From: Nitrospirales bacterium | GTDB taxonomy: Bacteria; Nitrospirota; Nitrospiria; Nitrospirales; UBA8639 | NCBI GenBank assembly: GCA_965203295.1 | Contig: CBDBCZ010000017.1 | Span: 1,728,001 to 1,792,000 of the forward strand | Direction of reading: 5' to 3' | Length of the DNA stretch: 64,000 nucleotides | In this document: positions 53,559 through 64,000 of the stretch, in pieces | How the letters are laid out: every line of letters starts with the position of its first letter | Numbering within the stretch: the first letter of the stretch is position 1 | The notes under the pieces: model-generated | Database searches by the model: none | What the model saw: the letters and a program-made list of their open reading frames with translations, nothing else | Told to the model about the DNA's origin: nothing | Program-made: the position numbers and the translations under genes

Positions 53559-54321
53559 GTAAGCTAGGTGTAAAATTGAGTTGGTGTACAACTGGTTTTT
53601 TCCTATAGACCTCTGTATGTCACATACTAAGGCTTAAGTGAGACAAGCATTTTACATTATAACAAGTCAAGTGTAGATCAGTGTATTATAGCCTGTATTT
53701 CATTGGAACACTTTGCTCAGTGTGTAGAAATAATGATAAAATTATCATAAGATTTCTCCTCCAGTTTCCTGAGACAATTTTAGCAAGTACACCAATAAGC
53801 ATTGTAGCAAAGAATATACAGTGTACATGTACATGTATATATAATAGCCTTTGTACTTACTTTTCTCTTAGTGTGAATAGGCTATGATCTGTTTTTGCCC
53901 TATGTGAGCTTGTAAAATATCATAGCCTTAGGTCCAGACTATAAACCTCCGATCACAGTTTGCATTGCCAAGATTATATTACTACTCTGTTTAGGGGAAG
54001 GAGGGGAGTTCTTTGAGCACATGGTCCTGATTAATTAACACACTCACATCTAGGGACGACTGGGGCATACCCCCTAGTTAATTTTTGAGAGCTCTGTGAA
54101 CCTATCTGATTGTTTCTGGAGCACTTTGCATAACAGATTGAGACTGCCAGTATTCTCAAAGTACTATGCATACGTGTCACTTAACAAGGTCCATGTAAAC
54201 TCTCCAATAATAACCCTAGAGCCACTGTAGCCCACAGGAAGAATGGTATCTACCATTACTAGTACTGTGGTTAGTTACTGGTTTATACTGTCATGCAGTA
54301 CCTAATCACACTTAGGTGATT

Positions 54322-55467
54322 TAGAGTAAGCCACTGAAGATTGGCCACTAGGTATATTCGGACACTAGCACCGAGCACGTAAATAACCGGAAGTTGGCGG
54401 AGCCTTCAATTGCTAGTACAGACCCTTCGCACTTCGAGTTGAAAGTTTGGTGTTCCTCCGTTGCTTGGTTCTGGAGCTATCGCCTTCCAAAGTTAAAATT
54501 TGTACACAGCTATGATTGGACAAAAGTATGTATTGTCGGACACCGTTCCGTGTTTCCTCCCTGAAGCAACTTTCGGTGATTCTTCTTCGTAATTGGAAAG
54601 CTCCACTACCATGCTACTGCACGCCAAACTTTCGCCATCGTATGTTTTGAGCACGAAGGGGTGCTACTGAATGTAGAGCCGTGTCACCCTCTCTATAATC
54701 GGACAGTGGATTTTGTCTTTTTTTGGTGTAGAGACCCCAAAACACTCTCCAACACTAGGATTCGGATATCGTTGAAAAGTACAGGTACTTAGCAGTACAA
54801 TGGTGCAAGCCTATAATGTTCATGTGTTGTATGGTTCTCGAGATAGAGAGAGATAGAGCTATTTGTCTTGATTTCTTCTAAAAATTGTAATGCTGAAGCT
54901 CTTAATTAGTGTACAAGATCAGGTAAAATAGCTCTGTCTCAAAAAAGACACGACGTATAAACGTCAGACTTGCACCGTTGTGTTGCTAAGTGTCTGTACA
55001 TTCTCAACAATATCCATATTCTAGCGTTGGAGAGTGTTTAGGTGTCCTTACACCGAAAAAAGACAAAATCCACTGTCCGATTATAGAGAGGGTGACACGG
55101 CTCTACATTCAGTAGCACCCCTTCGTGCTCAAAACAGATACGATGGCGAAAGTTTGGCGTGCAGTAGCATGGTAGTGGAGCTTTCCAATTACGAAGAATA
55201 ATCACCGAAAGTTGCTTCAGGGAGGAAATACAGAACGGTGTCCGACAATACATACTTTTGTCAGATCATAGCTGTGTCCGCATTTTAACTTTGGAATGCT
55301 ATATATATAGCTCCAGAACCGAGCAACGGAGGAACACCAAACTTGCAACTCGAAATGCGAAGAGTCTGTACTAGTGATTGAAGGCTCTGCCAACTTCCGG
55401 TCATTTACACCCTCGGCGCTAGCGCGTCCGAATATACCTGGTGGCCGATCATCAGTGGCTTACTCTA
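54322..55467. mobile_element. Foldback element with ~500-bp inverted arms (partial second copy at ~63812-64000)
   Basis: tagagtaagccactga / tcagtggcttactcta termini; 54322-54820 is the reverse complement of ~54960-55467. Confidence 0.88.
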
Positions 55468-55506
55468 GTTATAATACTCGCTTTCTGGTCTTCCTCCCTA
55501 CCTCAG

Positions 55507-55605
55507 TATTTGAACACAGCCCTTACGCTTGCCAGTGCTGGAGGTCATCATGACGTTGTGAGAGAACTATTAGCCGCCAGAGCAGATGTTCATGTTCAAA
55601 ATAAA
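55507..55605 (+). CDS. Ankyrin exon D3 (99 nt) YLNTALTLASAGGHHDVVRELLAARADVHVQNK
   Basis: ctacctcag|TAT...AAA|gtaagt. Confidence 0.9.
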
Positions 55606-57278
55606 GTAAGTTAAATGCTCATTGCCCTTATAAATTCCCCTCAAGTGATCACAAAAACACCAAAGGCAACCAAGGTGTCAGAATCGTGAGGGGATAATAG
55701 AAAAATTAACACCAGCCATAAAATATCTTCCTTGTGAGTCATTTTTCAAAACTCCTGGCCCAGGGCGAGATGCCTAAATCTTTGATTTTTTTTCTCTATG
55801 GAGTTTGCAATACTTAGCTACTCATTATCGCCGATCACATACAATATTGCCGATAGATTAGATTTCGATTGCATATGTCATGTGATTTTAATTAGAAAAG
55901 GTCAACCTCCTCTGGCTCAGTCATTATATCAAAAAGCATTTGGAAGACCTATAATAGTTAGTAGTCAGTCAATTATGTGTAACTTAGTGCTACAATTGCC
56001 ACTACTAACTAGGTCAAGTAATGGTGTTATAATTGCTTATCTGCTGAAGATGCATCAAAGCTGGTTGTTACCCCACACGTAGGCAGTGAATTAAGCACTT
56101 GGTGTCTTTGTCTGTCCAGTGAAAATTGATCTCTCAACAATTAACATTCATGCCAGAATAGAGAATGCATGCACAAAGCAGCTTGGCATTTGAGGTATGT
56201 TTAAGGCTTACTAGTATTTGCACTCGCTCGCTCAACTAATTGTGCTTGATCAGCTCGCTCACTTCGCTCACTCTACGTGAAAAGAAAAGAAAATTGTCAC
56301 CTCCATGTGTTTGTATAAAACATTATACCATCTGCCAACGGCAGTAGTGCTGCTGACTGTATGAGCCACATGGAGGCAGCTCCACATTGAAGCCTCAACA
56401 TTGTGTGGAAATTGACTTGGTTACAGTGTGATGAAAGTGCATAGTACTGGTATGTGCACGTTCTTTTAGTAGCCAAGTACTTTGTATAACTTGTGTAATA
56501 TTCATGTAATATAGAATGTTGGGCATCTTTCAGTGGCAGTAGACTTTAGTGTAGCTGACAGATTCCTGCCTGAGCCTTATGGAGCCAGTAACTCAAACGA
56601 GAGACTATGAACAACATAGCCTCCATGTGGCTGATTGATTCAAGTTATGAGAACTTTTTAGCAAATCCAGACAACTAGCTATGGCTATAACTACATTGCT
56701 ACACAGTTGGACTCTGTAGTTAACTTTACTGCAGATACGATGGGTAGCTGGTTCAAAGGACCATCGGGGGCTTCAGCAGGACCATCACTCTTTCCTGCCT
56801 GAGCGTGAAGACAACAGTTCCATATTGAACTTATTGTGTATATGGCTATCAATCCTGAAGTCCTTTTGGTTCCAATCCGCCACCTTTTTGCCTTCAATGC
56901 ATGGCTGTAGCTGGTAGTCTTCTAACATGTAAAACGCACAATTCGCTAGATATTTAACTTGGTAGATGGCTGTGGAAATGTTTTGACAGGCAGCTACTGT
57001 TACCGTATCCACACTGTTGTGATTGTACTACAATTCTAACGTGCATTTTTGGATGAAAATGGAATATAGAATTTTCGGCAACCCTATTATACTACCTTAT
57101 ATGCTAATTTGTTTTTCATTATAAACATTGCAGGTGTTGTAATGTGATTGCACATTGTCATAAGGTGCCATGGTGGGTGTGTGGACCTAATGCCTATTCA
57201 TGGTGAATTCACACTACCTAAACACACTTAGTTGATTTGTTTATAATTTTCACTTTCTGGTCTTCCTCCCTACCTCAG

Positions 57279-57377
57279 AATGGGTTCACAGCCCTTATGT
57301 ATTCCAGTCGTGAAGGTCACCATGACATTGTGAGAGAGCTATTAGCCGCCAGAACAGACGTCAATGTTCAAAATAAA
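57279..57377 (+). CDS. Ankyrin exon E5 (99 nt) NGFTALMYSSREGHHDIVRELLAARTDVNVQNK
   Basis: ctacctcag|AAT...AAA|gtaagt. Confidence 0.9.
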
Positions 57378-59102
57378 GTAAGTTATATAAATGCTCATTG
57401 CCCTATTAATTTCCGTCAAGTGGCCACAAAAAGACTGATTGATCGTGTGTATTGCACTGCCGAATTACTATAACAAGTGGCAAACCCACTCTGAGAGTAA
57501 TGGTGTTATAATTTGTCATGCCAATGTTGGTTATACCGCTCTAAATTGATCCCATTGCACTAGAAACTGGAAAACATGGGGCGGGCGGTTCATTTTTCAC
57601 AAGTTAATGTGAAGATGAAGGGATGGGAGTACCAAAAAGCATGCAAACAAGGTATGGGGGATAGCATAAACACGACATTCACAACTCCATCACTGAAACA
57701 GCAACATGCACTGCAATAACAATCTATTTGTCGGCACTATTTTGTTGATGTTCATACCTGATAACCTGAACACTGGCACCGGCATTTTCATACCGTTTGC
57801 AGATATGTGCAGCTAATTATAACCATTCAACCAGTGATTTAATAGTATGTGTGTTGTATCTATGCAACTGTAGTATAGAGCAGCTTTGGAGGTTGGTGGG
57901 CCATACTACAACAAAGGAAGGTAGTTTTGGCGAAAACTTGGTAGGCAGCCATAAGAATCCTATTTTAGAAACATTAGCTGCAAACTATAAATGCACGACG
58001 AAACTACCGAGTCAGCACTTCCACTGTACTGTGTTTGACTGTTTTATAGCAGTTCTACAACTGCAGTTGGCTTGACCTGAACTGAGTTGTGGGTATTGTA
58101 CTGGAAATAATCCTGGCTGGTTTTTTAAACGCTAAATGTCAGACTTGTTCTGTAGTCACTTTATCGTGTGTGCTCCCTGTTGTGGCAGCTAAGGAAGAAC
58201 ATGTATGGGGAGTGTGCATGAACAGCTTGCACATTCACATGCTGCAGTCTGTTGCATATGTTGCGTGCAGTCCTTAGTCTTGATATATTGCCAATCTTCA
58301 CTCACTTGTAAAAATTGACTATTTGTAAAAATTTCACCGGTCATATTTTTTACCCGACAGAATTTTCACCGGTTAAATTTTTGCCACTTGAACTGACTGG
58401 CGAAATTGGCGAAAATTTACCCCTGGCGAAAATTTCCTGCTATACAGTATTGTCAATTGGTGTTGACTAAGTGGACTGATAGTGTACATGTAGTAGTAAG
58501 AGGCTAAATTATAGTATTTTGGACTGACAAGATTTTGTGTAGTGCTGAGTTCATGGTTGAAAAGTGACTTATTATATGAAAGTGTGTCTACTCCAGTGTG
58601 GTTTCTTAAAGTAAGTGACTGTAAGTAGTAAATGTTGACGTTAAGTTTTTTTTTTGACTGAATTCCTCAAAGGAATTTTAAGAAGTGATTTTTCCCTGTT
58701 GTCTTACAAAACATTTGGTATTTAGGATTCATATTCATAATATTATGTCTGTAGCTGAAAACTCTGTTTCTTAAATGGTAGCTACCATTACAAGTACTGC
58801 ATGTGGCTATTCATTGTCGTACAGTAGTACTCTTTGTACTGTAGCTTTAGTGTTTCCTCTGCATCTACTGCCCATAGCTAGTCCTAAGTAGCGTTTACCT
58901 TTAGCTATAATTACTAGTATTTTTGCAGCTTAGTTGAGCTTAATAAGTCGTTTAAGATTTTTATCCCCAAAGTTGAAGTCTTTACTTGACAGTTTTGTTT
59001 GCAGAACTTGTGTTAAATCATACCTTTACTTGTATGGGTTCAGTGCATGGTAATAGCACATTCTAAAACAGCCTGCAAAATAAGCAGCAAACTCACTAAC
59101 TT

Positions 59103-59369
59103 ATAATAGGGTGGCTGACAACTCTACATTCCATTTACATTCAATGATGTACGTACTTTAGAATTGTAGCACAATCACAACAGTGTGGATATGATAGCAG
59201 TAGCTGCCTGTCTAAAACATATCTACAGCCACTTGGTAGATGGCTGTAGATATGTTTTAGACAGGCAGCTACTGCTATCATATCCACACTGTTGTGATTG
59301 TGCTACAATTCTAAAGTACGTACATCATTGAATGTAAATGTAATGTAGAGTTGTCAACCACCCTATTAT
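59103..59369. repeat. 129-bp-arm palindrome with 9-nt loop
   Basis: 59103-59231 is the reverse complement of 59241-59369 with 2 mismatches seen. Confidence 0.92.
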
Positions 59370-59548
59370 GAGACCTTATAAGCTAATTGGTTTTTCAGTG
59401 TAGACATTATGTGTGCTATAGCGTGATTGCACAATGTCATAAGGTGCCATGGGTGGGGGTGAACCTATTGCCTGTTTGTGGTGAGTCTACACTACCAAAT
59501 CACATTTAGTTGATACTCTTCACTTTCTGGTCTTCCTCCCTACCTCAG

Positions 59549-59647
59549 AATGGGTTCACAGCCCTTATGTATGCCAGTCGTGAAGGTCATCATGATGTTG
59601 CGCAAGAACTACTAGCCGCCAGAGCAGACGTCAATGTTCAAAATAAA
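59549..59647 (+). CDS. Ankyrin exon E6 (99 nt) NGFTALMYASREGHHDVAQELLAARADVNVQNK
   Basis: ctacctcag|AAT...AAA|gtaagt. Confidence 0.9.
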
Positions 59648-59845
59648 GTAAGTTGTACTATAAAAGTGGCAAACCCACTTTGAAAGTAATATTTTTATTG
59701 TTTCTAATGTCAATGCTTCTCCAAGTTGATACCATTGCACTAGAACCTTGAAAGCGTGCTGGCAGGCGGTTCATTATTCGTTACTCATTACCAGTAGCTA
59801 TGAGATAGAGAGCTCAAAACATTTAAATGCTATTACAACTGTTAA

Positions 59846-60501
59846 CCCTTTGAACGCGGCGAGCGTATATATACGCTCAAAAATTACTTCCGCGTATCGC
59901 GGCGAGCGTATATATACGCTCGCCGTAATAAGTGCTACGGGTCAGACCCTTCCAATTTTATGGCGCGCATGACACTTTAGGGGGATAACCCTACTGTCTT
60001 TAGCAATCGATCTAAAGCTCCACCCCCGTCACAAGTCGTTCGAAGCGTTCACTTGACGCTTAGTTGTGTAGCACAGTTAGTACGCGGCAAAGGCGCGGGT
60101 AGCGTCTACAAGGCTTTTGAAGCCAAAACCGCCGAGTATGGCTGCAGTCAGAGCACTAGGCCTTAGGTACAGATCCAGCACTTAGTAACAGAACCGGCAC
60201 GAAGTAACAGAAGTGACTCACCACTGTAGTTGAGGGGACAGACACAAGAAAATGGCGACTACCAAGGTTAGCTTTAGTGCTGCCGTTTGTATTCGCTCTT
60301 CTGCATTAGTAGGGACTTTAGTACACCAGCTACACACTAAACAACGATAGTTTTACACTTCCTGGCTTCCAGTGTTGCCGTTCAGCACGGAAAATAGCCT
60401 ACAACTCTACGAAACTGCGAGCACATGCAACGTAGACAAAAATTAAATTGGCTTCCGCGTGACGCGGAAGTTATGAATAATCAAGTACCGCGCTCAAAGG
60501 G
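59846..60501. mobile_element. piggyBac-type MITE
   Basis: TTAA TSD; TIR CCCTTTGAACGCGG / CCGCGCTCAAAGGG; empty site actgttaatagcc near 23566. Confidence 0.9.
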
Positions 60502-62617
60502 TTAAATAGCCACAAATTTGGTATAGACAATGAAAGTATAATGTAATGAACCATATAATATGGCAAATGTTGGTGTGGAATGGGAAATCATAGTGGCCTT
60601 ATTAAACACCTGTTAGTGTCAGGTAGATCTGTCTTTTGCAATTCATACACAACAGCACTTTCAGAGAGTTGACATACTGGACTAGCAGTACTGCAAGAGT
60701 GTTAAAAAATAGTCTACAGTCCAAACCGTATGATACCTCTGTACCCATTGCATCTGTTTGGTGTAAAAGTAATACCCACTTTAGCAAATTGTTCTTCCCA
60801 CATGCCTGTAATCGGCTATAACCAGACCTGTGTATACTACATGGAATTTTAAACTTATTTTTGCACCACATTTATGGCCTTTCATTAGGATATGTGACTG
60901 TAACTCGATTGGATAACATCCACACATTTTATGAAACTAAACACATACAGAAAACAAGGGTTTATGGATGCTAAAGTCTGATGGCAGAGGGAAGGGAGAA
61001 GCACCTTTGAATTAAACCTGTTTTACGAAGATGAAACGCATAGCCTGCGTAGTTGCGTGAGAGTAAACCAATCCAGTGTTAGGCTACTTATTTATGAAGT
61101 TCACGCATTATACGTGTAGTTTTTATCCAATGGCTTGTTTTAGCTGGAAAATGTCATGTGATTGAGCTCATGGCCTTTGCCCTCTGTGACCTCCAAACTA
61201 ATGGCAGTGGTGGACACCCCGTTTACAAAACTGCTAGATCCAGAAAATAAATCGACCAAAGCAGCTCTTGATACTTTTATTAATTAAGCATTCTTTATAG
61301 TTGTCTAATCTTGGAACTGGGTCAAAACAAGGTACCGAAATTGAAAAAACAACTTATGTGGCAGTAGAAGGCTCATTTTCGTCCGAATTTAAGTAAACAA
61401 ATTTTGTACAGAGCTTGAATACAGTGTGAAGAGTGATGAGGGCTAGAGTTTAATCACTAAAAAGTGCGCTACCTTCATGTATAGCAGCCCTCTGTATTGT
61501 TCACACTTTGTCTCCTTTTTGAAAACAATGTTTTCCATGTATATATCAAATGTCGTTTTACAAGAGTAGTACTGTATGTTGCAGTCCTCACATTATCCAT
61601 AATCTGTCCTTCCAATTTGACACTATATAGCCAAAACATTATTTGTTTTTATTTTCAAGTCCCCTCATTTTGTTAGTTAATCTGGTCTCGTATGGACGTG
61701 TGTGTTTAGTATGCTCACCCTACGACACGTTAAGTATGTCCTTTAAATGTTCACCATGCTCCTTATGGGCTAGTCATTACATGTACATGTTTAGTTTGTA
61801 TTTTACATGTACATGAACATACCGCTCACTCTTTAGTTAGTGTAAACAAACAATTATACACCAATTTTAACTCATCGTAGCTCATGCTATGATATTACTC
61901 TCGTGTGTGTTGTCTTTGCATGATGTAAGCCTCTGTATTCCTGTGCTTAAAGCTTCCAAGGATTAGAGAGAGTCCATCCACCATGACGTGTGGCATAGTT
62001 TTAATAGTGCATACTAATTGATCATACAGCTTTGAAAAGTAGCCATATGTCAACTATAGCAGTGCCTTTCAGACATTGACACACTATTGTACAAGTAGGC
62101 TTGTGTGTTACATGCTGGCGTAGTTCTGCTGTTCAAGACAACATCTAGCAGTATGCACAAAGTTTGTACTAGTTTGAATGCAAGAATACATGTATGCCAC
62201 TTACCTGGTTTGGTTCTGCTATTAGGGATAGGTTAAAGGTCATGTACATATTGAATATCCTATTAACATAATTGTTATCTGCTTAGAAAGATATTGCCCG
62301 CCGTCAGTTATGATTTCCCTGTCTAATCACATTACTTCAGCCATGGCTTCATTCACTCTGTACCTTCAATACAAGTGCATTATTAGTCTTGTGTTGCTAA
62401 TCAGCAGTAGCTACACTAAAATGAATGGCCTCATTTTTGTCTTCCAGCATCAGACAGTGTTTAGTAGTGTCTCTTGCAGTTTAGCATTTGTGGTATGTTG
62501 CATGGTTATGATTATAAACACACTGAGAGAAAAGATATTCAGCTCTCACTTAATTGATCTAATTTAACTGCAAAACGAATTGAATTGTTATGAGCAGTCA
62601 CTGTCCTCTCTCTACAG

Positions 62618-62716
62618 CATGGAGAAACAGCTTTGACCTTGGCCAGCTTGAAGGGAGTTCATCTCATTGTACAACAACTACTACAAGCTGGAGCAGACCC
62701 CAACCTCCAGACTGAG
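62618..62716 (+). CDS. Ankyrin exon F3 (99 nt) HGETALTLASLKGVHLIVQQLLQAGADPNLQTE
   Basis: ctctctacag|CAT...GAG|gtaagc. Confidence 0.9.
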
Positions 62717-63026
62717 GTAAGCTAGGTGTCAAAATAAGTTCCTTCTTCAGACCGCTGTATGTCATACACTGAAGGCTCTGTGAGACAAGCATTTCTCATT
62801 GTGATATGTCAAAGTGTAGATCAGTGTATTGTATCCTGTATTTCATTGGAATGCTGAGATGTGTCCTTAAGTTAATTTAGCCTCTTTTCTGAACATCGAT
62901 AAGCAAAGTGGCAGAGCACTACAGTGTACATGTATATGTAATGACCTCTGCCCTTGTGTTCCCTTGGTGTGAATGTGCTATGATCAGTTTTTGCCTGTAT
63001 GTTAGCTTGTAGAATTTTAGGCTTAA

Positions 63027-63627
63027 CCCTTTCAGGGCGGTACATTCATGACTTCTGCGTCACACAGAACCCAATTTATTTATTGTCTATGTTACATGTG
63101 CTCACAGTTTTGTTGAGTTGCGGGCTTTTTCCGTGCAGAATGGCAACCCTGGAAGCTAAGAAGTGTAAAACTTTCGTTGTTTAATGTTTAGCTGGTGTGC
63201 TAAACTCCCTACTAATGCAGAAGAGCGAGTACAAATGGCAGAACTATTGGTAGTCACCATTTTCGTGTGTCTGTCCACTCAACTACAGTGGTCACTTCTG
63301 TTACTTTGTTCCGGATCTGTTACTAAGAGCTGCATCTGTACCTAAGGCCTAGTACTCTGAATGCAGCCATACTCAGCGTTTTTGGCTTCAAAAGCCACGT
63401 ACTAACTGTGCTACACAACCAAGCGTCAGGTGAACAATTTGAACGACTTGTGACGGGGATGGAGCTTTAGATTGATTGCTATAGACCATAGAGTTATCCG
63501 GTCATGCATGCCATTGAATTGGAAGGGTCGACCTGTAGCACTTATTATGGCGAGCGTATATATATTCCCACCAAGATATGCGGAAGTGATTTTTGAGCAA
63601 ATATATACGCTTGCCACGTTCAAAGGA
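63027..63627. mobile_element. piggyBac-type MITE, same family as 59846, opposite orientation
   Basis: TTAA on both sides; internal sequence is the reverse complement of 59846-60501. Confidence 0.85.
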
Positions 63628-64000
63628 TTAAGTAGGTCCAATCCGTAAACCTCTGATAACTGTTTACGGATGTCAAGGCTTTATCCAGGATTAATATAAT
63701 TTAAACGGGGGAGGGGAGTTATGTATTCTGGGAACGATAGGAAGTGACTTCTTAGTTTTTGTCGTATGGGAATGAAGTACGCTTTTGTTTTTTGTAATTT
63801 AGATTTTATTTTGGTATATTCGGAATGATTAGCGCCGAGTGCATAAATTACCAGAAGGGGACGGGGGCCTTCAATCAATAATACAGACCTTTCGCACTTG
63901 GAGTGGAAAGTTTGGTGTTCTTATGTTACTTGGTTCTGGAGCTGTAGCCCTCCAAATTTAAATGTGTGTATTGTCAGACTACGTTCCGTGTTTCTTCCCT

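Overview
Eukaryotic, AT-rich, transposon-littered animal DNA (the repeat content looks demosponge-like; this is inference). The whole 64 kb appears to be the interior of one + strand, intron-rich ankyrin-repeat locus that the ORF track misses. I find 24 ankyrin-repeat exons (21 x 99 nt, 3 x 96 nt). Each encodes exactly one repeat, is bounded by AG/GT, is phase 0-0 and is stop-free. There are also 16 small phase-0 exons in four classes: X (84 nt) and Y (81 nt) are cap-like ankyrin halves, and Z (51 nt) and W (42 nt) are acidic Q/E linkers; two of the 16 are damaged. The exons form three higher-order units, (W-X-Y-Z)-A-B-C-D-E-E-F, of about 26, 16.5 and >=19 kb, with exon gains, losses and a pseudo-exon between units. 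Differences between sister exons are mostly amino-acid-changing, fall on ankyrin binding-face positions, and reassort in a pattern that fails the four-gamete test. This suggests a diversifying modular ankyrin 'cassette library'. No first exon, last exon or effector domain is visible. Introns hold a Penelope-like RT fragment, two LINE insertions, many MITEs (TA-TSD, piggyBac, 9-bp TSD, HINE-like), foldback elements and template-switch palindromes. No RNA genes or CRISPR arrays were seen.
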